DNA of 64,000 bases, taken from the sequence record DRR723986_8380; one strand, 5' to 3'. Under the pieces are notes generated by a model, which had not been told where the DNA came from, did no database searches, and worked only from the letters and a program-made list of their open reading frames with translations. Within the stretch, counting starts at the first letter, position 1; each line of letters opens with the position of its first letter. The translations under genes were made by a program, and so were the position numbers. Below, one piece after another: positions 8,300-19,179 of the stretch.

Positions 8300-10273
8300 A
8301 TGAAAAGAATTCTAATTGTTTCACTACTTTTTTTATCTGGTTTTTGTTTTGCTCAGCAAACGAAAGATGTGGATTTTGAGAGAATTGAAGCGCTTATGGT
8401 GTTTAATCCAATTTCAGTTGATAGTACAACTTATAATACGTGTCAAGTAGAGTTTAAAGTTATTAAACAAGTGGATTCTATTTACTTAGATGCTTTTAAT
8501 ATGGATTTTAAGCATGTTGCACTTAATGGAACAGCAATAAAATTCAAAAACAATAGCGAAAAACTGATCATTTATAATGATTTTGAAAAAGATGAAACCT
8601 ATAGGCTAAGTTTTATATTTAACAACGCTCCAAAAAAGGCTATGTATTTTCTGGGTTGGGAAAATGATGGGAGAAATCAAATTTGGACTCAAGGTCAAGG
8701 AAAATATACAAGTAATTGGCTTCCTAGTATAGATGATACAAACGATAAGATAGAATTTGATTTAAAAATTGTTGCACCTGAGCAGTATGAGGTTATTTCT
8801 AATGGCAAGTTATTGTCTAAATCAGATAGTCTTGGTAATATTCTTTGGGAGTATGACATGAATAAGCCTATGTCTAGTTATTTAGTGGCTTTGGCTATAG
8901 GTAAATACAACAAAAAAATAGAAATGTCTAAAAGTGGTATTCCACTTGAATATTATTACTATCCAGAAGATTCTCTAAAAGTGGAGCCAACGTATCGTTA
9001 TTCTAAGCAAATGTTTGATTACCTGGAAGAAGAAATTGGATTTGCATATCCATGGCAAAACTATAAACAAGTGCCAGTACATGATTTTTTGTATGCTGGT
9101 ATGGAAAATACCAGTTGTACCATCTTTTCTGATGCTTTTGTGGTAGATTCCATCGGTTTTAATGATAAAAATTATGTCAATGTCAATGCGCACGAATTAG
9201 CACATCAATGGTTCGGAAACCTAGTTACGGCGACATCTGGTGAGCATCATTGGTTGCAGGAAGGCTTTGCGACTTACTACGCATTGCTGGCTGAGCGTGA
9301 AGTTTTCGGCGATGATTATTTTTACTTTAAGCTGTATCAGTCGGCTGTAGATTTAGGTCGACAGGATATCGCTGGTAACGCAACATCGTTGTTAAATCCA
9401 AAATCCAGTAGTCTTACGTTTTATCAGCGTGGTGCGTGGGTTTTACAAGCTTTAAGAACTCTAGTTGGTGATGAGGTATTTAAGCAGGCGGTACGAAATT
9501 ATTTAGAAAAATATCAATTCTCTAATGTAAATACCGATGATTTTATGTCTGAAGTTGAAGCGTTATACGGTAAGTACTTGTCTCGTTTTGTCGATGTCTG
9601 GATAAAGCAAAAAGACTTTCCGGTGGATGCTGCATTTAGTTTGTTAAAACAGCAATCCGCATTCATTAATGAGTATTTGATGATAGACTGTGAAGTAAAG
9701 AATTCAAAATGTAATGAATATTTAAAATATTATGCCTCTGATGAAGCAAAGATTAAGGTTATTTCTCAGGCACCGGAATTGGTGACTAAAGATGTATTTA
9801 AGAGTGGTCTTAAAGTAAGGCAGGCTATTTCTAAATACGTTACTAAAATCCCAAAGGATCTCAAGGAAGATTATGAATCCTTATTGGATGACAAATCGTA
9901 TATCACTATAGAGAATGCGCTATATAACTTGTGGGTTAATTTTCCGTTAGAACACTCAAAATATTTGTCAAAAACTCGAAATATTCATGGGTTTAGCGAT
10001 AAAAATGTGCGTCTGTTGTGGTTAGTTTTAAATTTGAATACACCTTATTATCAAGCAGATAATAAGCAAGGCGTTTATAATGAACTGGTTGGTTATACAG
10101 ATCAAAAGCATAATGCAGATTTGCGAATTAGCGCTTTTCAGTATTTAGATTTAATAAAGGCCTGCAACAAAGATTGTAAGTCTAATTTAGAGAATGCTAA
10201 ATCGCATCATAACTGGAGATTAGTTAAGTTTGCAAAGCAACAACAAGAAAAATTACAACAAAAACAAGATTAA
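8300..10273 (+). CDS. M1 family aminopeptidase, secreted
   Basis: Signal peptide; AGMEN; HELAHQWFG...WLQEGFA zinc-binding motif. Confidence 0.93.
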   Translation: MKRILIVSLLFLSGFCFAQQTKDVDFERIEALMVFNPISVDSTTYNTCQVEFKVIKQVDSIYLDAFNMDFKHVALNGTAIKFKNNSEKLIIYNDFEKDETYRLSFIFNNAPKKAMYFLGWENDGRNQIWTQGQGKYTSNWLPSIDDTNDKIEFDLKIVAPEQYEVISNGKLLSKSDSLGNILWEYDMNKPMSSYLVALAIGKYNKKIEMSKSGIPLEYYYYPEDSLKVEPTYRYSKQMFDYLEEEIGFAYPWQNYKQVPVHDFLYAGMENTSCTIFSDAFVVDSIGFNDKNYVNVNAHELAHQWFGNLVTATSGEHHWLQEGFATYYALLAEREVFGDDYFYFKLYQSAVDLGRQDIAGNATSLLNPKSSSLTFYQRGAWVLQALRTLVGDEVFKQAVRNYLEKYQFSNVNTDDFMSEVEALYGKYLSRFVDVWIKQKDFPVDAAFSLLKQQSAFINEYLMIDCEVKNSKCNEYLKYYASDEAKIKVISQAPELVTKDVFKSGLKVRQAISKYVTKIPKDLKEDYESLLDDKSYITIENALYNLWVNFPLEHSKYLSKTRNIHGFSDKNVRLLWLVLNLNTPYYQADNKQGVYNELVGYTDQKHNADLRISAFQYLDLIKACNKDCKSNLENAKSHHNWRLVKFAKQQQEKLQQKQD

Positions 10274-11195
10274 TGCGAGCATTAGTTATATCAGGTGGAG
10301 GAAGTAAAGGCGCCTTTGCAGGTGGTGTAGCTCAATACTTAATGGAGCGCGAAAACCGCCAATATGATATGTTTTTGGGTACGTCTACAGGTAGTCTTTT
10401 GGTGCCGCATTTGGCTATAAATGATATTCCTAAGCTGTATAACATCTTTACCAACGTACAGCAGCAAGATATTTTTAGTGTTAGTCCGTTTGTGCAACGT
10501 AAAAAAGATGATAGAGAATATGTCTCCATTGACTTTATAAACTCGTTGTGGCAATTCATAAAATTAAAGCGAATCTTTGTTGAAAGCAAGGCTTTAAAGC
10601 GCAATATTAAACGAAACTTCACCTTAGAAGAATATAGGAGAATAAGGAGACTAAACATGATGTTGTGGTAACAGTATCTAGCCTTTAGATGAATAGAGTG
10701 GAGTATAAGTCTATTAAAGATTGTACTTACTAAGAGTTTTGTAATTGGATTTGGATCTCCTGTAATTACATTCCATTCATGTCATTAGCAACAGTGAATG
10801 GTTATGAGTATGCTGATGGTGGCTTGGGTTGTGTAATACCAATAAGAGAGGCTATTCAAAGAGGGGCAACAGAAGTAGATGCTGTCGTGTTAGAGGCGGA
10901 GAACATGGGAAAACAACGAGTTCTAGGTAAAAATCCGTTCTCTTTAATGATGAATTTATTTGGTCATTTACTAGACCAGGTGGAGCGAAACGATATTGTT
11001 ATTGGAAAACTTGCTGCAAAAAATAAAGATGTAAAACTAAACCTGTATTACACGCCTACAAGTCTTACTGAAAACTCGTTGATATTTAGCAAACGATTAA
11101 TGGAAAAATGGTGGAAACAAGGCTATGATTATGCTTTTAAAAGCATGCGCAATAACTTACCACATTTCACTTACTTCTTCTTTAATAAAAGCTAA
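10273..11195 (+). pseudogene. patatin-like phospholipase, disrupted
   Basis: SGGGSKG and GTSTG in the first frame and DGG in the second. Frameshift near 10646, then in-frame TAG (10686-10688) and TAA (10731-10733). Confidence 0.8.
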
Positions 11196-11678
11196 GGCAG
11201 CTCCACTTGGCGGCTGCTTATCCATAAGCTCTGTTAAGATGACTTCTTGAAGTTTATTTGCTGTGTCTGTTTTCTCTAACATGTTAGATTTTCTAATCAA
11301 TTGAATCGTTGCATTTTTAGCTGCTAAAATAATGTTCCAGCATTCGTCACTTACATAGATTTGTTGTGATAAATTATGCTCAAACTCTTGTTGAATTGTT
11401 GCTATAAGTAAATTTTCGTAATCTTTTTTATTTGAGGAAGTTGGATGTACTCTTGTTAGTAATTTAGAGGGTGCTATTCTTTCTAAAAATAATGCCATGC
11501 GCTCATAGGCTTGTAAGCGCAAAGGGAAGGCTTCTTTTTGCATGTCTTTTTGTAATAAAAAGCGTCTTCTGCCTTCTTCATTTTGTATATGTTGTTTAAA
11601 GAAATAATAGGCTATAGCTCCAACAATTAATGCTGGTAATAAGCTTAAAAATAAGTCTACAATTTTATCTAAATCCAT
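11157..11678 (-). CDS. hypothetical membrane-anchored protein
   Basis: Single N-terminal TM segment; LRLQAYER and EFEHNLSQQIYVS motifs; follows the preceding minus-strand gene with a 5-bp gap. Confidence 0.75.
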   Translation of the reverse strand: MDLDKIVDLFLSLLPALIVGAIAYYFFKQHIQNEEGRRRFLLQKDMQKEAFPLRLQAYERMALFLERIAPSKLLTRVHPTSSNKKDYENLLIATIQQEFEHNLSQQIYVSDECWNIILAAKNATIQLIRKSNMLEKTDTANKLQEVILTELMDKQPPSGAALAFIKEEVSEMW

Positions 11679-11683
11679 TAGTT

Positions 11684-13245
11684 TTATTTTGTGTTTAATT
11701 GACCACCAAGATACTCACAATCTTTTAAATCTTGCATAGATTCAAATGGAACTTTTACTTTAAAATAGTTGTACGTTCTGCTTAGATCTTTAGATAGATT
11801 GTGGTCGTCTACATTTACTTCTATATCATCCATGGTAAATTGGCATGGATGTTCGTAACCTGCAGCATGCGTAATCTCTACGAGTTCCTTTCTGAAGGTT
11901 TTAAAATACTGTGCCAGTCGTTCAGACTTTAGAGTAATGTCTATACCACGCTGTAACCATTTGCTTTGTGTTGCAATACCCGTTGGGCAACGATTAGTAT
12001 GACACACCTGTGCTTGAATGCAGCCTATACTCATCATAGCTTCTCTGGCAACATTAATACAATCCGCACCCATAGCAAAGGCCATTGCAGCTTTTGCAGG
12101 AAATCCTAGCTTACCGCTGCCTATAAAAACAATTCTTTCGGTTAACCCTTTATCTTTAAAAAGTTTATATAAATCACCAAAGCCGTATACCCAAGGTAAT
12201 GATACATGGTCAGCAAAACTTGGAGGTGCAGTACCAGTGCCTCCTTCTCCACCATCTACAGCTATAAAGTCCGGGCCTTTACCTGTTTTTATCATTATAT
12301 CGGCCAATTCTTCCCATTGCTCTAATTTACCAATGGCAGCTTTTATACCAACAGGCAGACCAGTTTCTTCTGCTATAGCTTCAATGAAATCAACCATTCC
12401 AGGAATGGTAGAAAACGCCTTGTGATTAGGTGGTGATAAAACAGTTTGACCAATCTCTACACCTCTAATTTCAGCTATTTCTGGTGTTATTTTTTCACCT
12501 GGTAAAACACCACCTTTGCCTGGCTTTGCGCCTTGAGATAGTTTAACTTCAATTGCTCTAATAAAAGGGTTATCTGCAACCAGTTTTTCATTTTATCCAT
12601 TGAGAAATTGCCATCTTCTGTACGTACACCAAAATATCCTGTACCAAAATGAAATACAACATCACCGCCATTACTGTGATAAGGAGAAAGACCACCTTCA
12701 CCAGTATTATGATAAGCATGGGCTATTTTTACACCTTTGTTTAAAGATTCTATGGCTTTTGCCGATAATGAACCAAAGCTCATTGCAGAAACGTTTATAA
12801 CAGATGCAGGTCTATATGGTTTTCGTCTTTTGTTATAAGCACCCATAACTTTAGCACATGGCAAAAACGTTTTATCTACAGCATTTGGATGTTCCTTTTC
12901 TATTTTAAAAGGAAACATGGCATTATTTACAAATATGTGCTGGTGAGAATAAATATCTCTATCGGTACCAAAGCCTTCGTAGTTATTTTCGTTCTTAGAA
13001 GAGGCATAAACCCAGCCGCGTTCTATTCGGTTAAAAGGTAGTTCCTCTCTGTTGTTCGCAACTAAATACTTTCTTAGTTCTGGTCCTATACTTTCAAGAA
13101 AATATCTAAAATGCCCAACTAAAGGGTAATTTCTAATTATAGTATGCTTTCGTTGAAATAGATCTCTAATGGCAATAATTGCTAAAACAACAATAATCCA
13201 TAACCACCATGGTATATGACCAAGGAATTCTAAAACTGAATCCAT
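11684..13245 (-). pseudogene. FMN-binding glutamate synthase family protein, frameshifted
   Basis: SAMSFGSLS and NTGEGG in the 5' part; EVKLSQGAKPGKGG, DGGEGGTG and GCIQAQVCHTNRCPTG in the shifted frame. One base appears to be missing in the T-run at 12584-12588. Confidence 0.8.
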
Positions 13246-13248
13246 AAT

Positions 13249-14517
13249 CTAATTGTTTAAATAATCTAGAGTGATTTGTGTAAAGGCTCTAACACCTAAT
13301 AACATACCGCTATCATCAATTTTAAAATCAGGTGTGTGATGAGGAAAAGCTTCAGTGCTTCCTGGTGTCATTCCTCCTAAAAAGAAGTATACACCTGGTA
13401 CTTCTTCCTGAAAATAAGAGAAATCTTCACCGCCAGTTGTCGCTTTCATAAGTTGCACATTCGCTTCACCTGCTACATTATGTAAGGAAGGTAATATTTG
13501 AGCCGTTAAATCAGGATCGTTAAATGTAATCGATGTGTTATTTTGAAAGGTTATTGTAGCCTCACCACCATAAGCTTTGGCTATAGTTTCGGACATTTCT
13601 TTCATACGTTTTTCAATCATAGCACGCATCTTTGGGTCTAAAGTCCTTACGGTGCCAATCATTTCGGCAGATTCTGGTATAATATTAAAACGTGTTCCGG
13701 AAGTAATTTTTCCAACAGTTATAACTGCAGCTTCATCTGTTAGACGTGCTTCACGACTAATTATGGTTTGCAAACCATCAATGATTTTAGCAGAAATTAA
13801 AATAGGATCAACACCAGACCATGGCTGAGATCCATGCGTTTGTTTTCCTTTCACATTAATGACAAAGCGTTCTACTGAAGCCATAATACCACCTGTTTTA
13901 TATTTAATGGTACCTACTGGAGTTTGAGAATTAATATGCAATCCAAAAATGGCATCAACCTTTGGGTTTTCTAAAACCCCATCTTTAATCATAAGCTTAG
14001 CGCCACCTTCTTCGCCTGGTGGAGGCCCTTCTTCTGCAGGCTGAAAAATAAACTTAATTGTGCCTTTTATTTTATCCTTATGTTTTGATAAAACTTCTGC
14101 AGTGGCCATTAAGATGGCAATGTGTGTATCGTGTCCACAGGCATGCATCACACCAGTTTCTGTATTTAAAAAGGTAGTTCTCACTTCAGATTTAAAAGGT
14201 AAATCATTTCGTTCCGTAACAGGTAAAGCATCAATATCGGCTCTTAATGCCACTACTTTACCTGGTAGATCGCCTTTTAAAAGTCCTATAACTCCTGTTT
14301 TTGCAATGCCTGTTTCAACCTCTAAACCAAGGGAAGTGAGATGTTCTGCAATTTTTTCAGCAGTTTTAAATTCTCGATTAGATAACTCTGGGTTTTGGTG
14401 AAAATAGTGTCTCCAATTAATAAGTTTCTCTTCAATGTTTGTGATATCATCTTCAATAGAATTTTGGCTAAATGCTAATGTTGACACGAATAGGAATACT
14501 GCAAAAATTGCTCTCAT
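13249..14517 (-). CDS. M20 family amidohydrolase
   Basis: ALRADIDALP, MHACGHD, FQPAEEG, GEDF and HHTP motifs; signal peptide. Confidence 0.93.
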   Translation of the reverse strand: MRAIFAVFLFVSTLAFSQNSIEDDITNIEEKLINWRHYFHQNPELSNREFKTAEKIAEHLTSLGLEVETGIAKTGVIGLLKGDLPGKVVALRADIDALPVTERNDLPFKSEVRTTFLNTETGVMHACGHDTHIAILMATAEVLSKHKDKIKGTIKFIFQPAEEGPPPGEEGGAKLMIKDGVLENPKVDAIFGLHINSQTPVGTIKYKTGGIMASVERFVINVKGKQTHGSQPWSGVDPILISAKIIDGLQTIISREARLTDEAAVITVGKITSGTRFNIIPESAEMIGTVRTLDPKMRAMIEKRMKEMSETIAKAYGGEATITFQNNTSITFNDPDLTAQILPSLHNVAGEANVQLMKATTGGEDFSYFQEEVPGVYFFLGGMTPGSTEAFPHHTPDFKIDDSGMLLGVRAFTQITLDYLNN

Positions 14518-14645
14518 ATTTAAATTTTATTTGCACTAAGATATTGAAATTTGATAAAACAAAACTCTTAATATATTGTTTATAATTATTCACGTTTATC
14601 TATGGATAAACCTAAGACAATACTTAATTTCACATTTCAAAAAAT

Positions 14646-16982
14646 TTGCAATTGGAAAAGTATTTAAGTCAACTAAACGACGCACAATTAGCACCTACAC
14701 TACAGAAGGATGGACCAATGATAGTCATTGCTGGTGCAGGTTCTGGTAAAACTCGTGTTTTAACTTATCGAATTGCCTATTTAATGAGCCAGGGCGTTGA
14801 TGCTTTTAATATTTTGGCATTAACATTTACCAATAAAGCAGCTCGCGAAATGAAAGGTAGAATCGCAGAGATTGTTGGTGATAGTGAGGCGAAGAATTTG
14901 TGGATGGGAACTTTTCATTCTGTTTTTGCTAAGATTTTGCGTTTTGAAGGGCATCATCTTGGTTTTCCAAGTAATTTCACCATTTACGATACTCAAGATT
15001 CTCAAAAGTTACTAGGCTCTATTATTAAAGAAATGGGCTTGGACAAGGATATTTATAAAACCAAGCAGGTATATAGTCGCATATCGTCATATAAAAACAG
15101 TCTTATTACAGTTAAAGCCTATTTCAATAATCCTGAGTTAATGGAAGCTGATGCCATGGCGCGCAGACCAAGAATGGGAGATACCTACAAAGAATATGTA
15201 GATCGTTGTTTTAAGGCTGGTGCAATGGATTTTGATGATTTATTATTGCGCACCAATGAGTTGTTAACGCGGTTTCCGGCTGTCCTGGCTCAGTATCAAA
15301 ATAAATTTAGATATATCCTTGTAGATGAGTACCAGGATACCAACCACTCGCAATATTTGATAGTAAGAGCATTGTCAGATCGTTTTCAGAATATCTGTGT
15401 GGTTGGTGATGACGCTCAAAGTATATATGCTTTCCGTGGTGCAAACATTAATAATATTCTCAACTTTCAGAAGGACTATGATGATGTTAAAGTTTATCGT
15501 TTAGAGCAGAATTACCGATCTACTAAAATGATTGTCGGAGCGGCTAATTCTGTAATAGAGCACAATAAAACCAAGCTTGATAAAATTGTATGGACAGCCA
15601 ATGAAATTGGAGATAAAGTAATTGTTCACCGATCTATGACTGATGGTGATGAAGGGCGTTATGTGGCCAGTACTATTTGGGAAACTAAAATGAATCAGCA
15701 ATTACCAAATAGTGATTTTGCGGTGCTATACAGAACAAATGCCCAATCACGTGCAATTGAAGATGCCTTGCGAAAACGTGACATTCCTTATCGTATTTAT
15801 GGAGGCTTATCCTTTTATCAACGTAAAGAGATTAAGGATGTAACTGCTTATTTGAGATTAATTCTTAATTCTTCAGACGAAGAAGCACTAAAACGTGTTA
15901 TCAATTATCCAGCAAGAGGAATAGGGCAGACTACGGTAGATCGTTTAGTTGTTGCTGCAAATGCGACAGGTAAAACGATTTATGATATTATGAAAAATAT
16001 TGATAATGAATCAGTCAATATAAATAATGGAACAAAAAATAAGCTCAAAGATTTTGTTACACTTATAGAAAGTTATAAGGTAATGAATCAAACTGCAAAT
16101 GCCTTTGACCTAGCTGAGCATGTGGCTAAAACGAGTGGTTTAATACGTGAGTTAAATAAAGATGGCACTCCAGAGGGAGTGACAAGAATGGATAATGTTC
16201 AAGAATTATTGAATGGTATTAAAGATTTTGTAGAAGGTCAAATAGAATTAGCGGATGCTGGTGATTCGTTGGCTGAATTTCTTGAAGATGTTGCTCTAGC
16301 TACGGATTTAGATGGTGATAAAGGCGATCCTAATCATGTTGCGTTAATGACTATTCATCTTGCGAAAGGACTTGAGTTTCCTCATGTTTTTATTGTAGGT
16401 ATGGAAGAAGATTTATTTCCTAGTGCCATGAGCATGAATACCAGAAGTGAGCTTGAAGAAGAGCGACGTTTGTTTTATGTAGCTTTAACCAGAGCCGAAA
16501 AGCAAGCGTATTTAACTTATACTTTGTCACGTTATCGATGGGGAAAATTAATAGATGCAGAGCCAAGTCGCTTTATTGAAGAAATTGATGACGAATTTGT
16601 AAATATTACCACGCCTCTTAAAGAGCAACGTTTCAATCCAATGTTAGATGCTTCTATTTTTGGTGACATAGAACCTAACAAAGTCAGATTTGCTAAACCA
16701 AAAACACCAACGTTTAAAAAGAAAGAAACCAAAAAGAAACCTGAAAAATTTAAGATAAGTACTCCTAAAAAGCTTAAACCGGTCAGTAAATCGAGTCATA
16801 CGTCTAATTTATTTGATAGTAAGTTAACGGTGGGCAATATCGTTAATCATCAGCGCTTTGGTCGAGGAGAAGTTATAAAGATTGAAGGTGTTGGTGGAGA
16901 TTTGAAAGCTGAGATTAAGTTTGAAAATGGTGATACTAAAAAACTTCTATTACGCTTTGCTAAGCTTGAAATAATCAGCTAA
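14646..16982 (+). CDS. uvrD: UvrD/PcrA family DNA helicase
   Basis: AGAGSGKT, VDEYQD, GDDAQSIY, QNYRS, TIHLAKGLEF and EERRLFYVALTRA; C-terminal Tudor-like domain; TTG start. Confidence 0.93.
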   Translation: MQLEKYLSQLNDAQLAPTLQKDGPMIVIAGAGSGKTRVLTYRIAYLMSQGVDAFNILALTFTNKAAREMKGRIAEIVGDSEAKNLWMGTFHSVFAKILRFEGHHLGFPSNFTIYDTQDSQKLLGSIIKEMGLDKDIYKTKQVYSRISSYKNSLITVKAYFNNPELMEADAMARRPRMGDTYKEYVDRCFKAGAMDFDDLLLRTNELLTRFPAVLAQYQNKFRYILVDEYQDTNHSQYLIVRALSDRFQNICVVGDDAQSIYAFRGANINNILNFQKDYDDVKVYRLEQNYRSTKMIVGAANSVIEHNKTKLDKIVWTANEIGDKVIVHRSMTDGDEGRYVASTIWETKMNQQLPNSDFAVLYRTNAQSRAIEDALRKRDIPYRIYGGLSFYQRKEIKDVTAYLRLILNSSDEEALKRVINYPARGIGQTTVDRLVVAANATGKTIYDIMKNIDNESVNINNGTKNKLKDFVTLIESYKVMNQTANAFDLAEHVAKTSGLIRELNKDGTPEGVTRMDNVQELLNGIKDFVEGQIELADAGDSLAEFLEDVALATDLDGDKGDPNHVALMTIHLAKGLEFPHVFIVGMEEDLFPSAMSMNTRSELEEERRLFYVALTRAEKQAYLTYTLSRYRWGKLIDAEPSRFIEEIDDEFVNITTPLKEQRFNPMLDASIFGDIEPNKVRFAKPKTPTFKKKETKKKPEKFKISTPKKLKPVSKSSHTSNLFDSKLTVGNIVNHQRFGRGEVIKIEGVGGDLKAEIKFENGDTKKLLLRFAKLEIIS

Positions 16983-16991
16983 CTTTAAACT

Positions 16992-17612
16992 ATGGCCGAG
17001 TTTATTAAAATATATCCTGAGAACCCAAATCCTAAAGCCATTCAAAGGGTTGTAAATGTCTTAAAAAGTGGTGGTTTAGTAATTTACCCAACTGATACTG
17101 TATATGGGCTAGGATGTGATATCACTAACATTAAGGCTTTAGAACGAATCGCAAAAATTAAAGGAGTGAAACTAGAAAAATCTAACTTCTCTTTTGTTTG
17201 CGAAGATTTGAGTAACCTAAGTGACTATGTAAAACAGATAGACACGACCACGTTTAAAATTCTCAAACGTGCCTTGCCAGGTGCTTATACCTTTATTTTA
17301 CCAGGTTCAAAGAGTCTGCCAAACCCGTTTAAAAAGCGAAAAACAGTTGGTATTAGAGTACCAGATAATTCTATTGCATTAGCGCTGGTTTCTTCTTTAG
17401 GTAATCCTGTAGTATCGACTTCTATAAGAGATGAAGACGATGTTTTAGAATACACTACTGATCCTGAGTTGATTTTAGAAAAATGGGATAATTTGGTAGA
17501 TATTGTTATTGATGGTGGTTATGGTGGTAATGAGGCATCTACAATTATCGACCTTTCTACAGATCCTCCCGAAATAATTAGAGAAGGTAAGGGAAGCTTA
17601 GAGATATTTTAA
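16992..17612 (+). CDS. Sua5/YrdC/YciO family protein
   Basis: YPTDTVYGLGC, LPGAYTFIL, VGIRVP and STII motifs. Confidence 0.9.
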   Translation: MAEFIKIYPENPNPKAIQRVVNVLKSGGLVIYPTDTVYGLGCDITNIKALERIAKIKGVKLEKSNFSFVCEDLSNLSDYVKQIDTTTFKILKRALPGAYTFILPGSKSLPNPFKKRKTVGIRVPDNSIALALVSSLGNPVVSTSIRDEDDVLEYTTDPELILEKWDNLVDIVIDGGYGGNEASTIIDLSTDPPEIIREGKGSLEIF

Positions 17613-17726
17613 AAATTAGATTTATTAATACTACTTCGGCAGATTTATAATCCTTTCATCTAAATTATTGCTATAAGTTAATCTGATTTCCGCATATTGC
17701 AATGAGTCAACCAACATGTTTTATCA

Positions 17727-18074
17727 TTGAAAATTTCTCAAAAAACTTTAATTTATATAGGAATTGCATTTCTGTTAATTCAGCTGTCCTCAATTATTTA
17801 TGCCAGATTTATTCCTGAGCGCTTTTTTTGCTGGGCACCTTATGATGAACATTCTTATTATGAGATTAATGTTACCATTAACGGTAAAAGACTCTCTGAA
17901 TATGACGTGCAAAATCGTTATAGGTATACATCCAAAGGTTGGGAACCAAGATGCATGGATAATGTTTTTTCAATTGTAAAGCAGTATGAAGAAACCTATG
18001 GTATGGATGATAATGCTAGTGTCGAAATTGTTTATAGTACCAATGGTCATAAAGAAAAACGATGGAAGCACTAA
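17727..18074 (+). CDS. small membrane-anchored hypothetical protein
   Basis: One N-terminal TM segment and RFFCWAPYDE motif; overlaps the next gene; TTG start. Confidence 0.65.
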   Translation: MKISQKTLIYIGIAFLLIQLSSIIYARFIPERFFCWAPYDEHSYYEINVTINGKRLSEYDVQNRYRYTSKGWEPRCMDNVFSIVKQYEETYGMDDNASVEIVYSTNGHKEKRWKH

Positions 18075-19177
18075 GGTTAAAATTACAATCTTCTTTTTTT
18101 GGTCTTCCGTTCAAAGTATATGATACTTCAATGAAACCAAATTTACTCTTGATGTGTAAAATATTAATATTACTATTATATGCTCATGGTTTTCTATTTT
18201 ATTTAAAGGATCCGTTTATACCTTTTATCGCACAATTTGATATTTTCAATAATAGCCCACAGGTTTTCGAATATTTAACAAAATCACTATTTCTTATATT
18301 TAGCTTGCTTTTACTTTTTAATGTAAAAGTGAGGTCTATAGCTATTTTACTAGGCTTAACAATAATTATAAGTTTGATAGCCTCTAAACCACTCTTTAGA
18401 AATCATTTGTTTATCGTTGGATGCATGTTTTTATTGTCTGGTTTATCAGATAAATCCAAAGTGCCTTGGTTAATCTATTTTCAATTGAGTTTAGTATATT
18501 TTGGAGCTTTAACTAACAAGGCCATTGAATTAGATTGGTGGTCAGGTCAATTTATGCATAATTGGTTATCTAATGCGCTAGAAAACCCGCTTTATATAAA
18601 CGTTTCTAAGATGATGCCTGATTTATTATTGGCAAAGTTAATTTCTTACACAGCGATGTTATCAGAACTATTAATTGGGATCTTCCTAATTATTCCAAAA
18701 CTACGATTTAGTGCTATAGCAATTATTTTGGTTTTCCATACAATGCTATTTACATTCACAGGAGAATCCTTTGGGTTTTTTATGGAAGATATTTTAATAA
18801 TACTTATAGCATTTTTAAATTGGTCCAAAGAGCAAATAATTTTTAAATACAAACCCAAATCAATGGAAAAATTGATAGCAATAATGGGTTTTTTAGATTG
18901 GGATAATAGAGTATGGTATAAAAAGGATGCTTCAATAAATAACAATTTAGAATTAATAAAAGATGATAAGTCACTTACTGGGTATTCTGCTATAATTCAG
19001 GTTTTATTGAATAGCCCAGGATTTTTTTACGCTTTACTTTTTATACAGCTAGGAATAAGAGCCTTATTTAATGGAATACCTAAGTATTTAGCTATGATTC
19101 TTTTCTTATGGACCTTTTTGCTCTTTTTATCACCGTTAGTTTTTAGTAAATCCAGATTAAGAAAACAAGCAATCTAA
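18062..19177 (+). CDS. HTTM-like multi-pass membrane protein with possible degenerate DCC-like C-terminal domain
   Basis: RNH, QLSLVYFGALTNK..DWWSG, EL and FH motifs as in HTTM/SdpB/VKGC-like proteins. Confidence 0.6.
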   Translation: MEALRLKLQSSFFGLPFKVYDTSMKPNLLLMCKILILLLYAHGFLFYLKDPFIPFIAQFDIFNNSPQVFEYLTKSLFLIFSLLLLFNVKVRSIAILLGLTIIISLIASKPLFRNHLFIVGCMFLLSGLSDKSKVPWLIYFQLSLVYFGALTNKAIELDWWSGQFMHNWLSNALENPLYINVSKMMPDLLLAKLISYTAMLSELLIGIFLIIPKLRFSAIAIILVFHTMLFTFTGESFGFFMEDILIILIAFLNWSKEQIIFKYKPKSMEKLIAIMGFLDWDNRVWYKKDASINNNLELIKDDKSLTGYSAIIQVLLNSPGFFYALLFIQLGIRALFNGIPKYLAMILFLWTFLLFLSPLVFSKSRLRKQAI

Positions 19178-19179
19178 AT

